Origin: Yuukianura sp. NJ FZ-2021
Lineage: Eukaryota
Direction: 5' to 3'
DNA: 64,000 nt
NCBI GenBank assembly: GCA_046563655.1
Contig: CM102285.1
Location: 3,968,001 to 4,032,000, forward strand
Below, piece by piece: positions 24,705-37,555 of this stretch. The translations under genes and the position numbers were made by a program. Every line of letters starts with the position of its first letter. Within the stretch, counting starts at the first letter, position 1. The notes under the pieces were generated by a model. The model was given only the letters and a program-made list of their open reading frames with translations. It was not told where the DNA came from and made no database searches.

Positions 24705-24812
24705 TTTGAAGGTTTTGAGTTAAAAACTCGAGAGAGCTTTAGAATTTGAGGTTGAAGTTGCTTTGAGAAGCTGGAAGTTGGTTCTGATATCGACACTGTC
24801 TGGAGACGTCCA

Positions 24813-24819
24813 TTTTATA
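24813..24819 (-). promoter_or_regulatory. TATA box of the 24364-24704 gene
   Basis: TATAAAA on the minus strand, about 30 bp upstream of an initiator-like ATCAGA at about 24785. Confidence 0.6.
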
Positions 24820-27800
24820 CTGTTCCCAATCCTCCAGTTTTTTACTGCAAATTGTCATGTAATTGTAATTCTCACGTAACCAGCATCAATTGAGACGCCC
24901 ACTGGATTTGGCCAAATCCTACACAATTTGGCAATTGACGCATGATCCCCTGGGTGGATCAGAATCAAGCTCATGATCAAACTGACCTTGGCCTTCTGGA
25001 TTCTGCGGATTCCATCGACATACCGTCTTCGCCCTTCTTCAAATTCCAGTTCCAGTTTTAATTGTTTTCTTATTCGGACAAACTTAAGTCAAGCTGAATA
25101 GAGAAAAAGTAACGAAAGTGGTAGAACCAGAATTCATCAAATCTAGACCATTATAATTTCTAGTTTCTAAAAAAATTGAAATTGTAAAAAACTGCTAATG
25201 TTGCAATTAACCTGGATAAATCATTTGTTCCATTCTCTCGCCGCGTGTTACTTTAAAAACAGGGTTCTTTTAACGCTCCAAATTTTTAATTTTTATCAAA
25301 TTTTGAATCAAATGTGTTAAACTTTCATCACAAAAAATGTGCAGAGGAATTTGAATTATGTTTGATCCAATCCTTAACCAAATTGTTGGCTAAACAATTA
25401 AAAAAAATCAAATCTCAAAACACAACACTTCGATCATGACGAAGTCTATTTTTGTTCCGGTGCATCGCGTCAGTGTCCACAATTCCTGGACGCTTATGGA
25501 CGGATACAAGTAGATCAAAACTAGTTGTCGAATATGTTCGTAAAAAGCTAAATGTTAGGAAAGGAAAAGTACTCTACCCGATAGCCTCCAGCAAACAACG
25601 CCCGGGGATTTGTGCGAATTTGGTGCAATATGGCGGCGGAAGTGGAGAAAGTGCATGGGGAGAAAGTCATGGCCCCTGCCTTCACCTTTCTCCGTGAAAT
25701 CGGTCACAAGGGGTACCAACGCGCTCTGTGTCGTCTAGCGAACCGTAAAAAATATTGAAGTGTGATGCCTGACCCAATTTGCCATTGTTGTGCGATAAAA
25801 TATACAAAAAACAAAATGTGTCCTTTGAACTTAGACATATTTTAATTGTAAGTTAAATTGTTCGCATAATGATTCCAATCTACACGATTCCGTTTGCTAC
25901 AGATCAAAGTTAACCTAATGTACATCTAGCATTTGCAGAATGGCTAACACAGCATGTTGTAGTGTACCGGTCCATAAGCGCCCTTTCACGAACGTCCAGA
26001 ACTCGTGTCAGTTTACACAATGAGAAGCATAACAAAGGGTGTGAAGTGTGATTGATTCAAACGCAATTCAAAGCATCATGATCGTGCAAAATTTTCATAA
26101 GAAATTTTTGCAGGTTTTTGAGGATCCGTTTTCAAAACATCCTAGAACATCATTGTTTTCAATTGTTTCGGACATGTTACAGGAGCTCTATTGTTTCAAA
26201 AAAAAAATAACCATGAAATAAGATCTGAGTGGTCCAGAAAATTGGTTTGAGAAAGATGCTGGTCTGGGCTTTGGGTGTGGCCCCCTACTGCTCACGTAAA
26301 ATTAATCATGCAAAGGATTTTGGCAATCCGCCATTCCTGACATTCGGCCAAGGTCAATCCAAACCCCATTAATCAAAAATAAGCCCATCTTTTAAAACTA
26401 CCACCGTATTACCAATTTAAAGGAACGTGATTTATAAATGGTTTACCCTAGGCAATATCAAATAAAGCATAATTTTCTAATTTAGGAAATTGAAAAGTTA
26501 GGTTTTGGCAGGTTGTTAAAGTTGTAGGAATCTGCATAACTTATTGGTCTCAGAAATTTCTAGAACCAAAACTTGAAGTTTTACAACTTCCAAAACGAGT
26601 TTTCCTTTGTTTTCCAACAATAGTCTCCATAGACAAAGATTTTTAAAATAAATTGGCACTCCAATTAAAATCATAAAAATAGGTACGTAAATGTAATTGT
26701 GTCAAATAAAAAATCGTCGTAGTTTGACACTGGTATTCTTATTTTTTGTCATTTCATTTCTTGAGCTTCCTACTTTTTCGAAATGAGAAAATTGATTTCT
26801 ATGTTCAAACAACAAGATGCGTTCGATTCTGATTTAGTTCGCAGCTATTTAAACGTTGGAGGAGGTTAAATTTCTTCTGAAACTCACAAACCTTTTTGGT
26901 ATTTTTTTTATTCCAATTTGAAATAAAATTTAAGTTGTGAATTTCAAACTGGAATATTTATTCGTTATTACCAGTTTACTATTTCCAACCAATAATTTTT
27001 TTTGCTTCTCACAATTAGGTACCAGACTGTTTTTTTCTAACAGAATCCACTCTCATGACTGACTAGGTAGATATGCGGAAGCGTTTTACAATAACATATT
27101 TACCAAATTCAGTGTGTAGTATTTGCAATGCAGAAAAAGTGATAACCGTCAATCAAAGAAATTATCGACAAAAAATTGGGCGTTTTCAAAATAGGACTTA
27201 AATTCATTGCCTCAGGTTCAAATCGGGGTTCTTCAACCAACACACAAAAAAACAAGTACGACTATTTCTCATAGCGACTGATAAAATTAAAATGAAAAGA
27301 TGAGGCTTTAGTTAACTTCGATCGAGATCACAAAATGAAATCTTGCAATTTCGCGTTTACACACTGATCTTTGAAAAATTCCAAATGTTTCAGACGAAAC
27401 TGTATACATTGTGCATCACCACCGTTAAAATAATGTAAAGGTATTTATTGTTACAGTTACAATTACATTGGTTACAAATGTTTTCTCACAAAAACAAATG
27501 AAATGGCTTAGACTGCTTTTAGTCAGAATTGGACAAAATGGAAAACTGGTTTATTAATCTGACGTTGTATGTAACGCGCAAAGTAATAATGATAGTTGAG
27601 CTGTGTTGGTCAGGAAAATGCTGCCTTCTTAAAGCTGCACTTGTGCCTCTTTACACAAAATTATTCCACTTTAAATTTATTAACATTTTATTTATAAGCA
27701 AGTAGCAAATTTTTAGCTAAGGATTTTTTTAAATAAATTATATTTGAACCCGGTATTATATTTTCACAACAAAAACTTATTTTTGATGAACGTGTTGTGC

Positions 27801-27852
27801 TAGGTGTAATAAATTTAAGTTTTCAAAAATGGTGTTAAATAACTTTACTAAA

Positions 27853-28381
27853 TCAAAATTTCGAGTTACCATTTCCATAACCTCCATAGGCTGGAGCATA
27901 TTGAGTGCCATACCCACCTTGACCACCATAGGAACCACCATATGAACCACCATGGGAACCATACTTTCCACCACCTCCACCTTTTTTGCCTCCCTTAAAG
28001 AACTTTTTCCAAAATTTATCCCATTTGAACTCACTCACTTCCAAATCATCAACTTCTTCCAAATTTCTCCTCATTCTCGATCCAATTTTGTCTGTCACTT
28101 CCGAAATGGTTGAATTCTGTGAAGGATCAGCTTGTACAGGAAGGAGATGAATCTTGAGAAGTGATGTAGCATTTTCATTTTCTGAAGTGGAATTAAGTGC
28201 AGCTCCTTCTACTAGAGTCATAGTAAAGAGCATCGCAATTTGCAATGCGGCCACGACAAGAATTTCCTTAAGTCTCTGACAAAAAGAAAAAAATATTCAC
28301 ACTAAAAATTGTATGTTTCATGGAAAGCGTTCAATTTTTTTTTGTAGAATACTACTGTTTGATTTGTTTTCAAATTACCAT
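27853..28381 (-). CDS. Secreted prepro-peptide with a Lys/aromatic segment and Gly/Tyr-rich tail
   Basis: ATG micro-exon (28381-28379, donor GTAATT) plus exon 28275-27853. Signal peptide RLKEILVVAALQIAMLFTMTLVEG, furin-type RMRR site, then FKWDKFWKKFFKGGKK and GGSY repeats. Confidence 0.75.
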
Positions 28382-30663
28382 AACGTTCCGTTCCATTTTG
28401 GTCAATTTTCAATTTGGGATGTTTCCTTTAGAGACTGGACGGTTTATTTGCGCAGTGCGTCGAGTTATAAATATTCGTCCCGACTTCCATATTCGCACCA
28501 TAAGGTCAAAGGCCTTCAATTTTTAATTTTTAAACAAAGTTAAGTCATTAGAGTCCAAAATTGTCGCAACGCTTTGCATAGAAATTCAAGGTGGGAACGA
28601 TCATGTCATTCAAAAAGTGAAATAAATCTCACGGACATGGTGCACTTTTTTCAAATTTTCAAATTTGACACGCATTATTAACTGAAAATGAGTATTGGCA
28701 GTTTGGCATTATAACCTAATTCTTAAATTTGCATGATGTAGCAGTGATAAGTAAATCTGTTTCTTTGAGCTTCCGCTAATACGACAATACGAGGTCAAAT
28801 ACATGCTTCTTTGTCGTATCTAAATAACTTTCTAACAAACTATTTTGCCATCTTTGAATAGTTTTATTAGCACAACGCTGCAATTATTTTAATTATCTAT
28901 TTGTTTTTTCTTAACTCAACCTCGACAAAATTTACTACAGTTTCAAAACTGGTTTTGTATTTCAAACTGGTTTTTTAAAACTGTTGACGTCTTTTCAAAT
29001 CTGGCATTCAAGAGAGAAGAATTTTTTTTAACTTTATGTGCGAATTCCTTTTTGTTGGAAAGTTCCGTAAAAGTGGAATTAATTTTATATGTCATATTTA
29101 AAACTTCAAACACAAAATTCTTTGAGCAGCTCATGAAAAGTTGTCCAAAATGGGGATTCCTGAAGTTTTTTTTTTGAGCGTGTGTTGGACAGACGTCAAC
29201 TTGGTCGGTTTCGTTTTATTTCAACTTTGTTTTTGCTCAAAAGTGGCAGAAGTTTAACTATTGTCTGGTATTAATTTTTTTCTTTCATCATTTTGCTGGA
29301 ACTGATCCAATTCCAGTTCCAGTTTGCTGAGTTGTTTGTAGGTATATACGATTTCTAGAAGGGTTTGGTCGCTTTCAAATCGTTCTAATTGTTTTCAAAT
29401 CAACAAAAGGAGATTGTGAAGTGTAGTGGCAAGATGCTGGCCTTCGAAAACTAGTCTTGGCGTAAAAAAAACAAAGATTTGTGGAGATGAGTTACTTTAT
29501 TATGAATAGGACTTCATTAGCATAGAACAATTTACGCCTTCTTCAGAATTTTAGAACCTTCTAGAACGTTTGGTCGTAAAAAACTTTAGAAGCTTTTTGC
29601 TGGAATTGATTCGAACAATTCAGCTAGTGAGCAAAAAAAAGCGCGGTAATTAAAAGTTCTCCCAATAAACCACTTGCTCGAAAAATGTGTTTGGAAATAC
29701 TGCTGAAAACCCAGCTTTAAAAAAACTTCATTAGGGGCTTTCAAATAACTTACTGGCCATACTTAAGATTAGAGTTATAGCCTCATGGTAATAGCTTTTG
29801 AAATTTTGAAAAATACTTCACAATTGCGTTTTCGATTTTAGAAAAGAAAAAAATCCATCAGTTGAGCAAGTTTATATTTGATACCTTACTTAACAGTACG
29901 GAATTACAATAGTAGCAATGAAAAGTAGGGTTCTAAACTGGTATGAGCAAGAGTTGTCTTGTTTTGTTTTTCAGAATTATTGAAACAAGAAACTACGACT
30001 GGCTGAGTTTGAAAGAAACAAATAATTACACTAGTGTCAGAACGTATGTAATTTCTGGATACACCTATTGGAAATTATTCTACTAATTGTTGGAATTTTG
30101 CAAGCTAAAACTGCGTTGAAAATTCCTAAGAAACCGGTCCAAACATAACCCTGAAATTGCAACGAATTTCAACAAACAAAACTTTTTGTTTTCAACAAAA
30201 ATTTTTGAAAAGCATAAACCTTAGAGTGCTAAAATTTTAATACCTTGTTGAATTATTTACAGCTTTGGGGAACGTTTGGCGAAGCGATTTGCTGTTAAGA
30301 GTTTTGTGGAGAAACTGTTAGCGCAATTAAAAGCGGACAATCAAGTTCAAGTTGAGGAGTCAACAGTCTCGCAATAGCCTCATAAATGTTTAATGAAAAT
30401 TTTAAAAACGGTTTTCTAGTCAAGGGTTCCTTGGCACGTTATTAGTCAACATAGATTGCAAACTGGTTTAAGCAAGACAGACTTACAAATTTCGAAAATT
30501 TTCTGCAGAATATTTCTGCAAAACGATTTAAGAACAGTTGCGACAACAAGCATTATGCTAAATTCGATTCGCGAGCGTCAATGACAAAGTATAAAAGCCT
30601 TAACTCTATACTACATTTTACTATATTGCTACTCCTGTTTTTGTTTAAATTCAGCTTTAAAAA

Positions 30664-31239
30664 ATGACGTGGGCTCAGGTAATTCACAGCCCTCTAATTT
30701 TTGTACGGACATTTTTTTATTTTCTTCAGATTTTGTGCTTGTAATTTTAGAACTTGCTTTCTTGATAAGTTTTATATTTTGTATAGATCGCTTGCGTGAC
30801 TATTCTACTTGCAATTTTTGCCAATGCTGCTCCAGCAGCAAACTCCACTGTAGCTCCGTCAAGGCTAAATTCGTCTCCAACAATCATTCATGTCAACTCG
30901 AATTCCAGAACTACCTTGGCAAAGCCCACGAATAGCACAGGTACTGTCATTGTCGGAAGCGCATCGCTCGTCTCCGCAGGCGCAAAACAACGACCTGCCA
31001 GAACATTAAGCGAAAGCAGCCATGAAGATAGCAGCTCAGATGAAAGCAAGGACGAGGAAATTCCTGTCAATCACGGTCAAGTCTACATTCATCCTGCTGC
31101 TGCCGTTGCAATAAACGATTCCCCAGTCGTTGCTGGAGCTGATGTCGGCGGCGCTCCAGTCATCAAAAATCAAACCCGACCAATCACGGGAGGGCAAAAG
31201 TATGGTAGCCAAAGACCGCTGTTTTCTGTAGAAAATTAG
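30664..31239 (+). CDS. Small secreted low-complexity protein
   Basis: Micro-exon MTWAQ (30664-30678) plus exon 30787-31239. Signal peptide IACVTILLAIFANA, acidic SESSHEDSSSDESKDEE stretch and TATAAAA at about 30590. Confidence 0.75.
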
Positions 31240-31599
31240 CTGGAGCGATTGGAGCTAACACGGAATGGGACGAAGCATTTGACGGATCATAATCTCATCA
31301 TTTTACATTTGAATTTCTTTTTTTATTCGGTGATTATTAAATCATTTTTGAAAATTCCAACAAACAGCAGCTGCTGCTTTTTTTAGCCTTTAATAATTTG
31401 CACTTATAGCAAGTTCATGCAATGACTTCTAACAAAATTTTGGTCGAAAATTTCTTTTTCAATGGCGTTGCTATAATTTGTTTCTAAGCAAACCAAGGGT
31501 TACTGTAAAACCTAGGAACATATAGCAGATTAATCTGGATGTTGCAAAATTTTCTGCGCAAATACAGTGAGAGCAATTACACGTCTATTTACATCCACG

Positions 31600-31996
31600 C
31601 AGTGTTGGTGGATGCTTAAACGTCCAGTGGCTTAATTGCCACTTCCACTGGATATCCACTGGAAGAAATGCACCCGAAATGGACGAAACTTTTAGTGGAT
31701 GGAAGATATTAAGAATTTAGAGCGAAATTAAAAAAAATCAAATTTAAAATTACAAAATGATGTCAAAACGAGTTTCGTCTATCGTTAAAATTAATTATTT
31801 ACTTAAAACTCATATAAAAACGATATTTCCACCGTCTTTTCACCGTATTTCAAATTGTTTAAACTTTTTGTACTTAATTAATTCAAATCCCTCGGGCAAA
31901 GCCCCGCCCCTTTGGATTCATCCACTTCGTCCATTTCTTCCACTGGATATCCAGCCGTGGATGAAATGCCGAAAAAATGGATATCCACCAACACTG
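31600..31996. mobile_element. hAT-type MITE, copy 1 (397 bp)
   Basis: TIRs cagtgttggtggat / atccaccaacactg and perfect 8-bp TSD catccacg (31592-31599, 31997-32004). Subterminal ccactggatatcca motifs. Confidence 0.9.
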
Positions 31997-32577
31997 CATC
32001 CACGTCACTTCCGCCATTTCTTTCTCATACAAAATACTTCGCTAACGAATTTTGTGTGTGCGAGCTCAATCCTCTGTGGAAAGCATATATAAATGTACGT
32101 TTTAATGTCGTATAGTGCAAATTTTAATTAGTACATATCGTTGTTGTGTTGAGGTACTTTGCTCATTTTCATAGTCTTAGTCATGTGTCCAAAACGAAGA
32201 ATTCTTAGAATCATAGCCTGGAACAAGAAACTTTCAAGGCGGATGTCTCACGACTACCTTGGAAATGTTTTTAGAAAAGAATGAATCAAAACGACTCTCA
32301 ATTAGCAAGCTTCTTGAGAATCTCAGAATTTGCGACTAAGCAAATAGTAAAGAATAAGAAGATGCCTCCAATGTCGTTTCAGTAATAACCCAACCTGTGG
32401 TGAGTATAACTTATTTAAATTTTCATAATTTGTTGAGTAAATATTCCACTTAAGACCAAATTGCTCCGCTTTGAAACGACCTCCATATAAAAAGACCTCC
32501 AGCGAAATCCTCTTTCTAAATATACTACGACTCTAAGAAAATTTTCGGCCACAACGAAACAAGCTCCAGTGTCCAAG

Positions 32578-33005
32578 ATGAACAAAATTGTAAGTCACAA
32601 ATTTTCTTTTTGTAGAACAAAAAATTTTTCCTATCTTAAACTTAATTTCATTTCATCCGTTCTCAGATTTTTGCCACTATCGGATGCCTCCTATTAGGAC
32701 TTGCTCTGGTTTCAACCAAACCAGCGAAATCCACAACAACCGAATCATCAGGAACTGACGGCTTTTCTACAACGACTGAATCTGACAGCTCCACTGAACC
32801 AGCAACTGCAGGATCTGACATCGTTGTTGTAGAGTACATACGCCCAAGGTTGGACTTCTACGTAGAAATATATAAAGTGACGCCTGACAACTCCACGGAT
32901 TCCTCAGAAGAGTCAACAACAACATCTGCCGAAATATCGACAACTACTGAAAAACGCGCCAAACACCATGAACTATTGAATAATGATGGAGAGGAAAGTC
33001 GATAG
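32578..33005 (+). CDS. Small secreted Ser/Thr-rich (mucin-like) protein, not in the ORF track
   Basis: Micro-exon MNKI (32578-32589, GTAAGT) plus exon 32667-33005, IFATIGCLLLGLALVSTKPAKSTTTESSGTDGFSTTTESDS...EESR*. TATAAAA at about 32487 and AATAAA at about 33090. Confidence 0.8.
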
Positions 33006-33300
33006 GCATAAGTAAAATGTTGCGCAAAATGAATTAATCTTGCTTTGACATTATTGTGAATCCCTCCCGTTTATTTTGAAACCAAAATCAATAAAAACGT
33101 ACAGCGCGTGTGAAGATCAATAAGCAAATATGCTGCGAATGAGTTAACTTGTTTTGATTAATTCTTAAGTAAAACCGCAACCCGCACGACATTCTATTCG
33201 TTTCATTAATTCAATTATGCCACTTCACTCCACTTAATTCGATTATGAATTTCGGTTCCTCGACTTTTAGTACTTAAAGTAACGGAAAGTCAAATGTAGC

Positions 33301-34921
33301 TTACTTTTGTTTTTCAGATTGAATAATGACTACAGAAAAGGTAAGGATGAGGCTGCACACCTAAGGAACGCGAAACGAAATTTGTTTGAAACCGAATTAA
33401 AAAACTTTTGAATTACAGCGTGTAAAATACTTTTTTTGTGAAAGAATATCTCACCGTTCCGAGAAATGATGCATCGAAATTAATAAATTCAAATGCCTTT
33501 ACTCCTAAAGTTCCCGAGGAGACCTCGTACAACAGCATCATGAGATCGGATTTTGGGAACAGCTCATACGTTTCACACCGAGTAATCCATGTATTAAACG
33601 TTGATGTTACCTGGAAAATAAAAATTCTGACTTTCTCATCTGACTTTGCGAAAATTTTATTCCAAAGTTCATTTTACCTTCGTCTTGAACCAAGACGTAA
33701 ATGTCACGAATACAATTGGTTGCATGGACAGCCAGAAAGTGCCGACGAGCGTAACGACCCCTGACGGATTCAAAATTTGCGGAATACATTGGATCTGAAG
33801 CGGGATGTGACCGAACACGACTCCACAGACCATGAGACCAGCGGCCTTGTTGAGGAGGCTCAATGTGATTCGAATGTTTCCGAGTTCCGCCATCCCCTGC
33901 AGTACAGTTTTAAATGCCCGTAAGAATTAAAATTTGCAATAGATAAGTGATGTCAGTTTTTGAACTAACCTGAACGGGCGTCATATTTATGAGTTTTACC
34001 TCCAAGACCGTAACTAAGTGGTGTAAGTGTAAAGCTGTAACAATTCCAAGTGTTTCCACTGATGACTTCATAAAAATAAATACAAATTGTGACTGTAGCC
34101 CAAACATAAAGGCGATGAATTGGACAATTTGTTTCCATTCGCCAAAGTTCGCAGTCTTGGCAAAGAGTGAATCTCTCATCATGCTTTCTATTCGATTGTA
34201 GCATTTTCCAAATTCCCATGAACACAGCTCCATATTGTGGAGAAAGTGCGTTACCATATGAATCCAAAATGTACTCCAAAGAAGAACCGAAATTCTTCGT
34301 TTGCCCTATCAAGCACAAAAGCTATTATAGTTGTAATGTATAATTGTTTAATTTGATAAGTTGGGAAACAAAACTTGATGTGACATTTTGAAGACCACTT
34401 TTTAAAGCCTTGAAAATGCATGAACACAGACTACCTACTTTAAATTTTTTCGTACGTTTTTGGTAGTCGGAACTCCAAATTTGGATTTAACTATTGGCAG
34501 ACGACTGTAGTTGACAATGTCGCAAAATCGATCCATGTTTAAGCAAAATGCTAGCACATGGCATGCGCTTGCATAAGTTACTCCAACAATAGATGCTTTT
34601 TCAAAATAGCTTATCTCCCCGTTTGTTTGGTGCTTCGAATCAGCAATTTGAATGACTACCTGAAGCCACACGTATATTTGGAAGTAGAAAATGATGAGAA
34701 AGTAACCAAAAATCACCTGCAATGTTTTGACTTATTAGTAAGGAATTTTATTTAAAGTTGAATTTAAATAAAACTTAAGCGGTTACAACCTTGTGCATGG
34801 TAGTAGTCGTTACGCGATAAAGTTTCGAGTTTTGTTTTTCGAGTTTGAAAGGACACATTCCAATGCGGTACCAAAATTCAAAGTAGGTAACAAACAAGTC
34901 GGAGGTATTGACGTATAGCAT
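33301..34921 (-). CDS. Gustatory receptor family protein, tandem copy A
   Basis: Six exons starting MLYVNTSDLFVTYFEFWYRIGMCPF. Ends GVKAFEFINFDASFLGT|VCSLILTFSVVIIQSEKQK*, which matches the GR TM7 motif (T-Y/F-x-x-h-h-h-Q) after a phase-0 intron. Confidence 0.85.
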
Positions 34922-35184
34922 TTTGGAAATGTACTAAAAGTGTGGTGCGAACAAAACATTGTACTTATTTAGTCAAACAAGTAATTTTGCAATTCAGTGA
35001 AGCCTTTAATGCCCTAACACAAACGAAAATCTTTAAACTTAAAATGGGTTATTTGTCTAAAACTCTTCAACTGCAAATTCTTTTATCCTTGTTAATTGTG
35101 AAGGCAAGCACCGACCCTCCTTCGAATAAAAGAAATTACTTTCAAAGCACAAAATTACATCCAAAGGTTACATCCATTTCCTTT

Positions 35185-35290
35185 GGATGTAATTGCTTTA
35201 CTGATGTAATTGTCCTACTGATGTAATTGACACTGATGTCTTTGTCACTTATATAATTGCCACCTATGTAATTGAACTGATGTAATGACG
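35185..35290. repeat. Short degenerate tandem repeat (core ctgatgtaattg, about 6 copies)
   Basis: gatgtaattg recurs with 14-17 bp spacing between the two GR copies. Confidence 0.6.
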
Positions 35291-35496
35291 TGCTACGATC
35301 ATGCATGATACTCAAAATGAAAAATTGTATACTACTAGTACATTAATTCTTAAACACTTGAGTCACAATAAAAGTGGGGTGCACACTTGTTTTTGAAAGT
35401 TTTCAACAAAACCAAAACCAGCAACATTAGGGACCGTATCAGTACTTACTACATTCTTCATGAATTTTGGTTCCTCAGCGTTTAGCCAAATGCAGT

Positions 35497-37555
35497 CTAC
35501 TTTTGTTTTTCAGATTGAATGATGACTACAGAAAAGGTAAGGATGAGGCTGCACACCTAAGGAACACAAAACGAAATTTGTTTGAAACCAAATTAGAAAA
35601 CTTAGTGTTACAGTGTGTAAAATACTTTTTTCGTGAAAGAATATCTCACCGTTCCGAGAAATGATGCATCGAAATTAATAAATTCAAATGCCTTTACTCC
35701 TAAAGCTCCCGAGGAGACCTCGTACAACAGCATGATGAGATCGGATTGTGGAAACAGCTCGTATTTTCCACCACGAGCAACCCATGTATTAAACGTTGAT
35801 GTTACCTGGAAAATTTAAATTCAAACTTTCTCATCTCACTTTGCGAAAATTTTATTCCAAAATTCATTTTACCTTCGTTTTGAACCAAGACGTAAATGTA
35901 ATAAATACAATTGGTTGCATAGATAGCCAGAATGTGCTGAACATGGTAAGGACCCCTGTCGGGTTCATAATTTCCGGAATGCATCGGATCTGAATCGGGA
36001 TGTGACCGAAAACGAGTCCACAGACAATGAGTCCAGTGGCCTTGTTGATAAGGCTCAATGTGAGTCGAACGTTACCGAGTTGTGCCATCCCCTGCAGTAC
36101 AGTTTCACATGTTCGTAAAAAAAACTGACTAAGAATAACTTACGCCAGTTTTTGAACTAACCTCAACGGGCGTCACATTTTTTAGCTTTTTCTCCAACAC
36201 AGTAACTAAGCGGTATAAGTGTAAAGCTGTAATAATTCCTAGCGTTTCCACTGATGATTTCACAAAAATAAATATAAATTGTGACTTTAGCCCAAATACA
36301 AAGGAGATGAAGTGAACAATTTGTTTCCATTCGCCAAAGTTCGCAGTTTTAGGGAACAACGATTTTCTCATCATGCCTTCTGTTCGATTGTAGCAAATTG
36401 AAAGTTCCCATTTACACAGCTCCATGCTATGGAGAAAGTGCATTACCATATGAATCCAGAATATACTCCACAGAAGAATAGAAATTCTTCGTTTGTCCTG
36501 TCAAGCAATTAATATGTAGTCCTGTGTATAATTTTGTTTTAAACAGTGTTGGTGGACGCTTAAACTTCCAGTGGCTTAATTGCCACTTCCAGTGGATATC
36601 CACTGGAAGAAACGCACCCCAAATGGACGGAACTAAAAGTGGATGGAAGAAATCACAAAATCACAAAATCACGAAATTCAAATCAATTCAAATTTAAATT
36701 TACGGAATGATATCAGAAAGCTTTACTTTCGCGATTATAGTTAATATATCATTTAAAACCTATTTAAAAACGATATATACATAGTTTTTGAACTGTGTTT
36801 TCATGTTTTTTAGTTGTTAGTAGTCAATTAATTCAAATTCAGAGGGCAAAGCTCCGCCCCTTTGGATTCATCCGTTTCGTCCATTTCTTCCACTGGATAT
36901 CCAGCCGTGGACGAAATGTCGAAAAAGTGGATATCCAACAACACTGGTTTTAAAGCTTATCATAACTAAAACTGTTTTACTTATGATAAGTTGTATACGA
37001 AAATTAACTGGAAGTAAGATATGGCACCTTTGAGATTTATAAACTTTCATAAATATAAAATGCTCATTTCACTTTTGTTTTTACATTTTTTGTAGCAGAA
37101 ACCCCAAACTTGCATTTCACGATTGGCAGACGACTGTAGTTGACAATGTCACAAAATCGATCCATGTTTAAGCAAAATGCTAGCACATGACATGCGCTTG
37201 CAAATGTTACTCCAAAAACAGATGCTTTTTCAAAATATTTCATTTCTCCGTTTGATTGGTCCTTTGAATCAACAATTTGAGTTACATGCTGAAACCACCC
37301 GAATATCCTGTGGTAGAAAATGATGACAAAATAACCAAAAATGACCTGAAATGTTTTGAACGACTAGTATTATTCAAAGTTTGTATTTTTAAATGTAACG
37401 TAAACGCTTTCTTTACCAACCTTGTGTGTGGCACTGGTCCTCACTCGGTAAAGCTTCGAGTTTTGTTCAAGTTCCAGTTTGAACGGACATATTCCAATAC
37501 GGTACCAAAATTTAAAGTAGGTAACGTACAAGTCGGAGCTATCGACGTCCAGCAT
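35497..37555 (-). CDS. Gustatory receptor family protein, tandem copy B
   Basis: Same exon structure as copy A. Starts MLDVDSSDLYVTYFKFWYRIGICPF and has an identical last-exon peptide ending in TAG at 35497. Intron 2 is enlarged by a MITE. Confidence 0.85.
36544..36946. mobile_element. hAT-type MITE, copy 2, inside GR copy B intron
   Basis: Homologous to 31600-31996. TIRs cagtgttggtgga / tccaacaacactg and perfect 8-bp TSD gttttaaa. Confidence 0.9.

Noticed and set aside
25452..25760. GC-richer coding-like patch (ORF 25452-25697 and an alternative frame ending LCRLANRKKY)
   Set aside because: No recognisable domain, splice structure or element ends.
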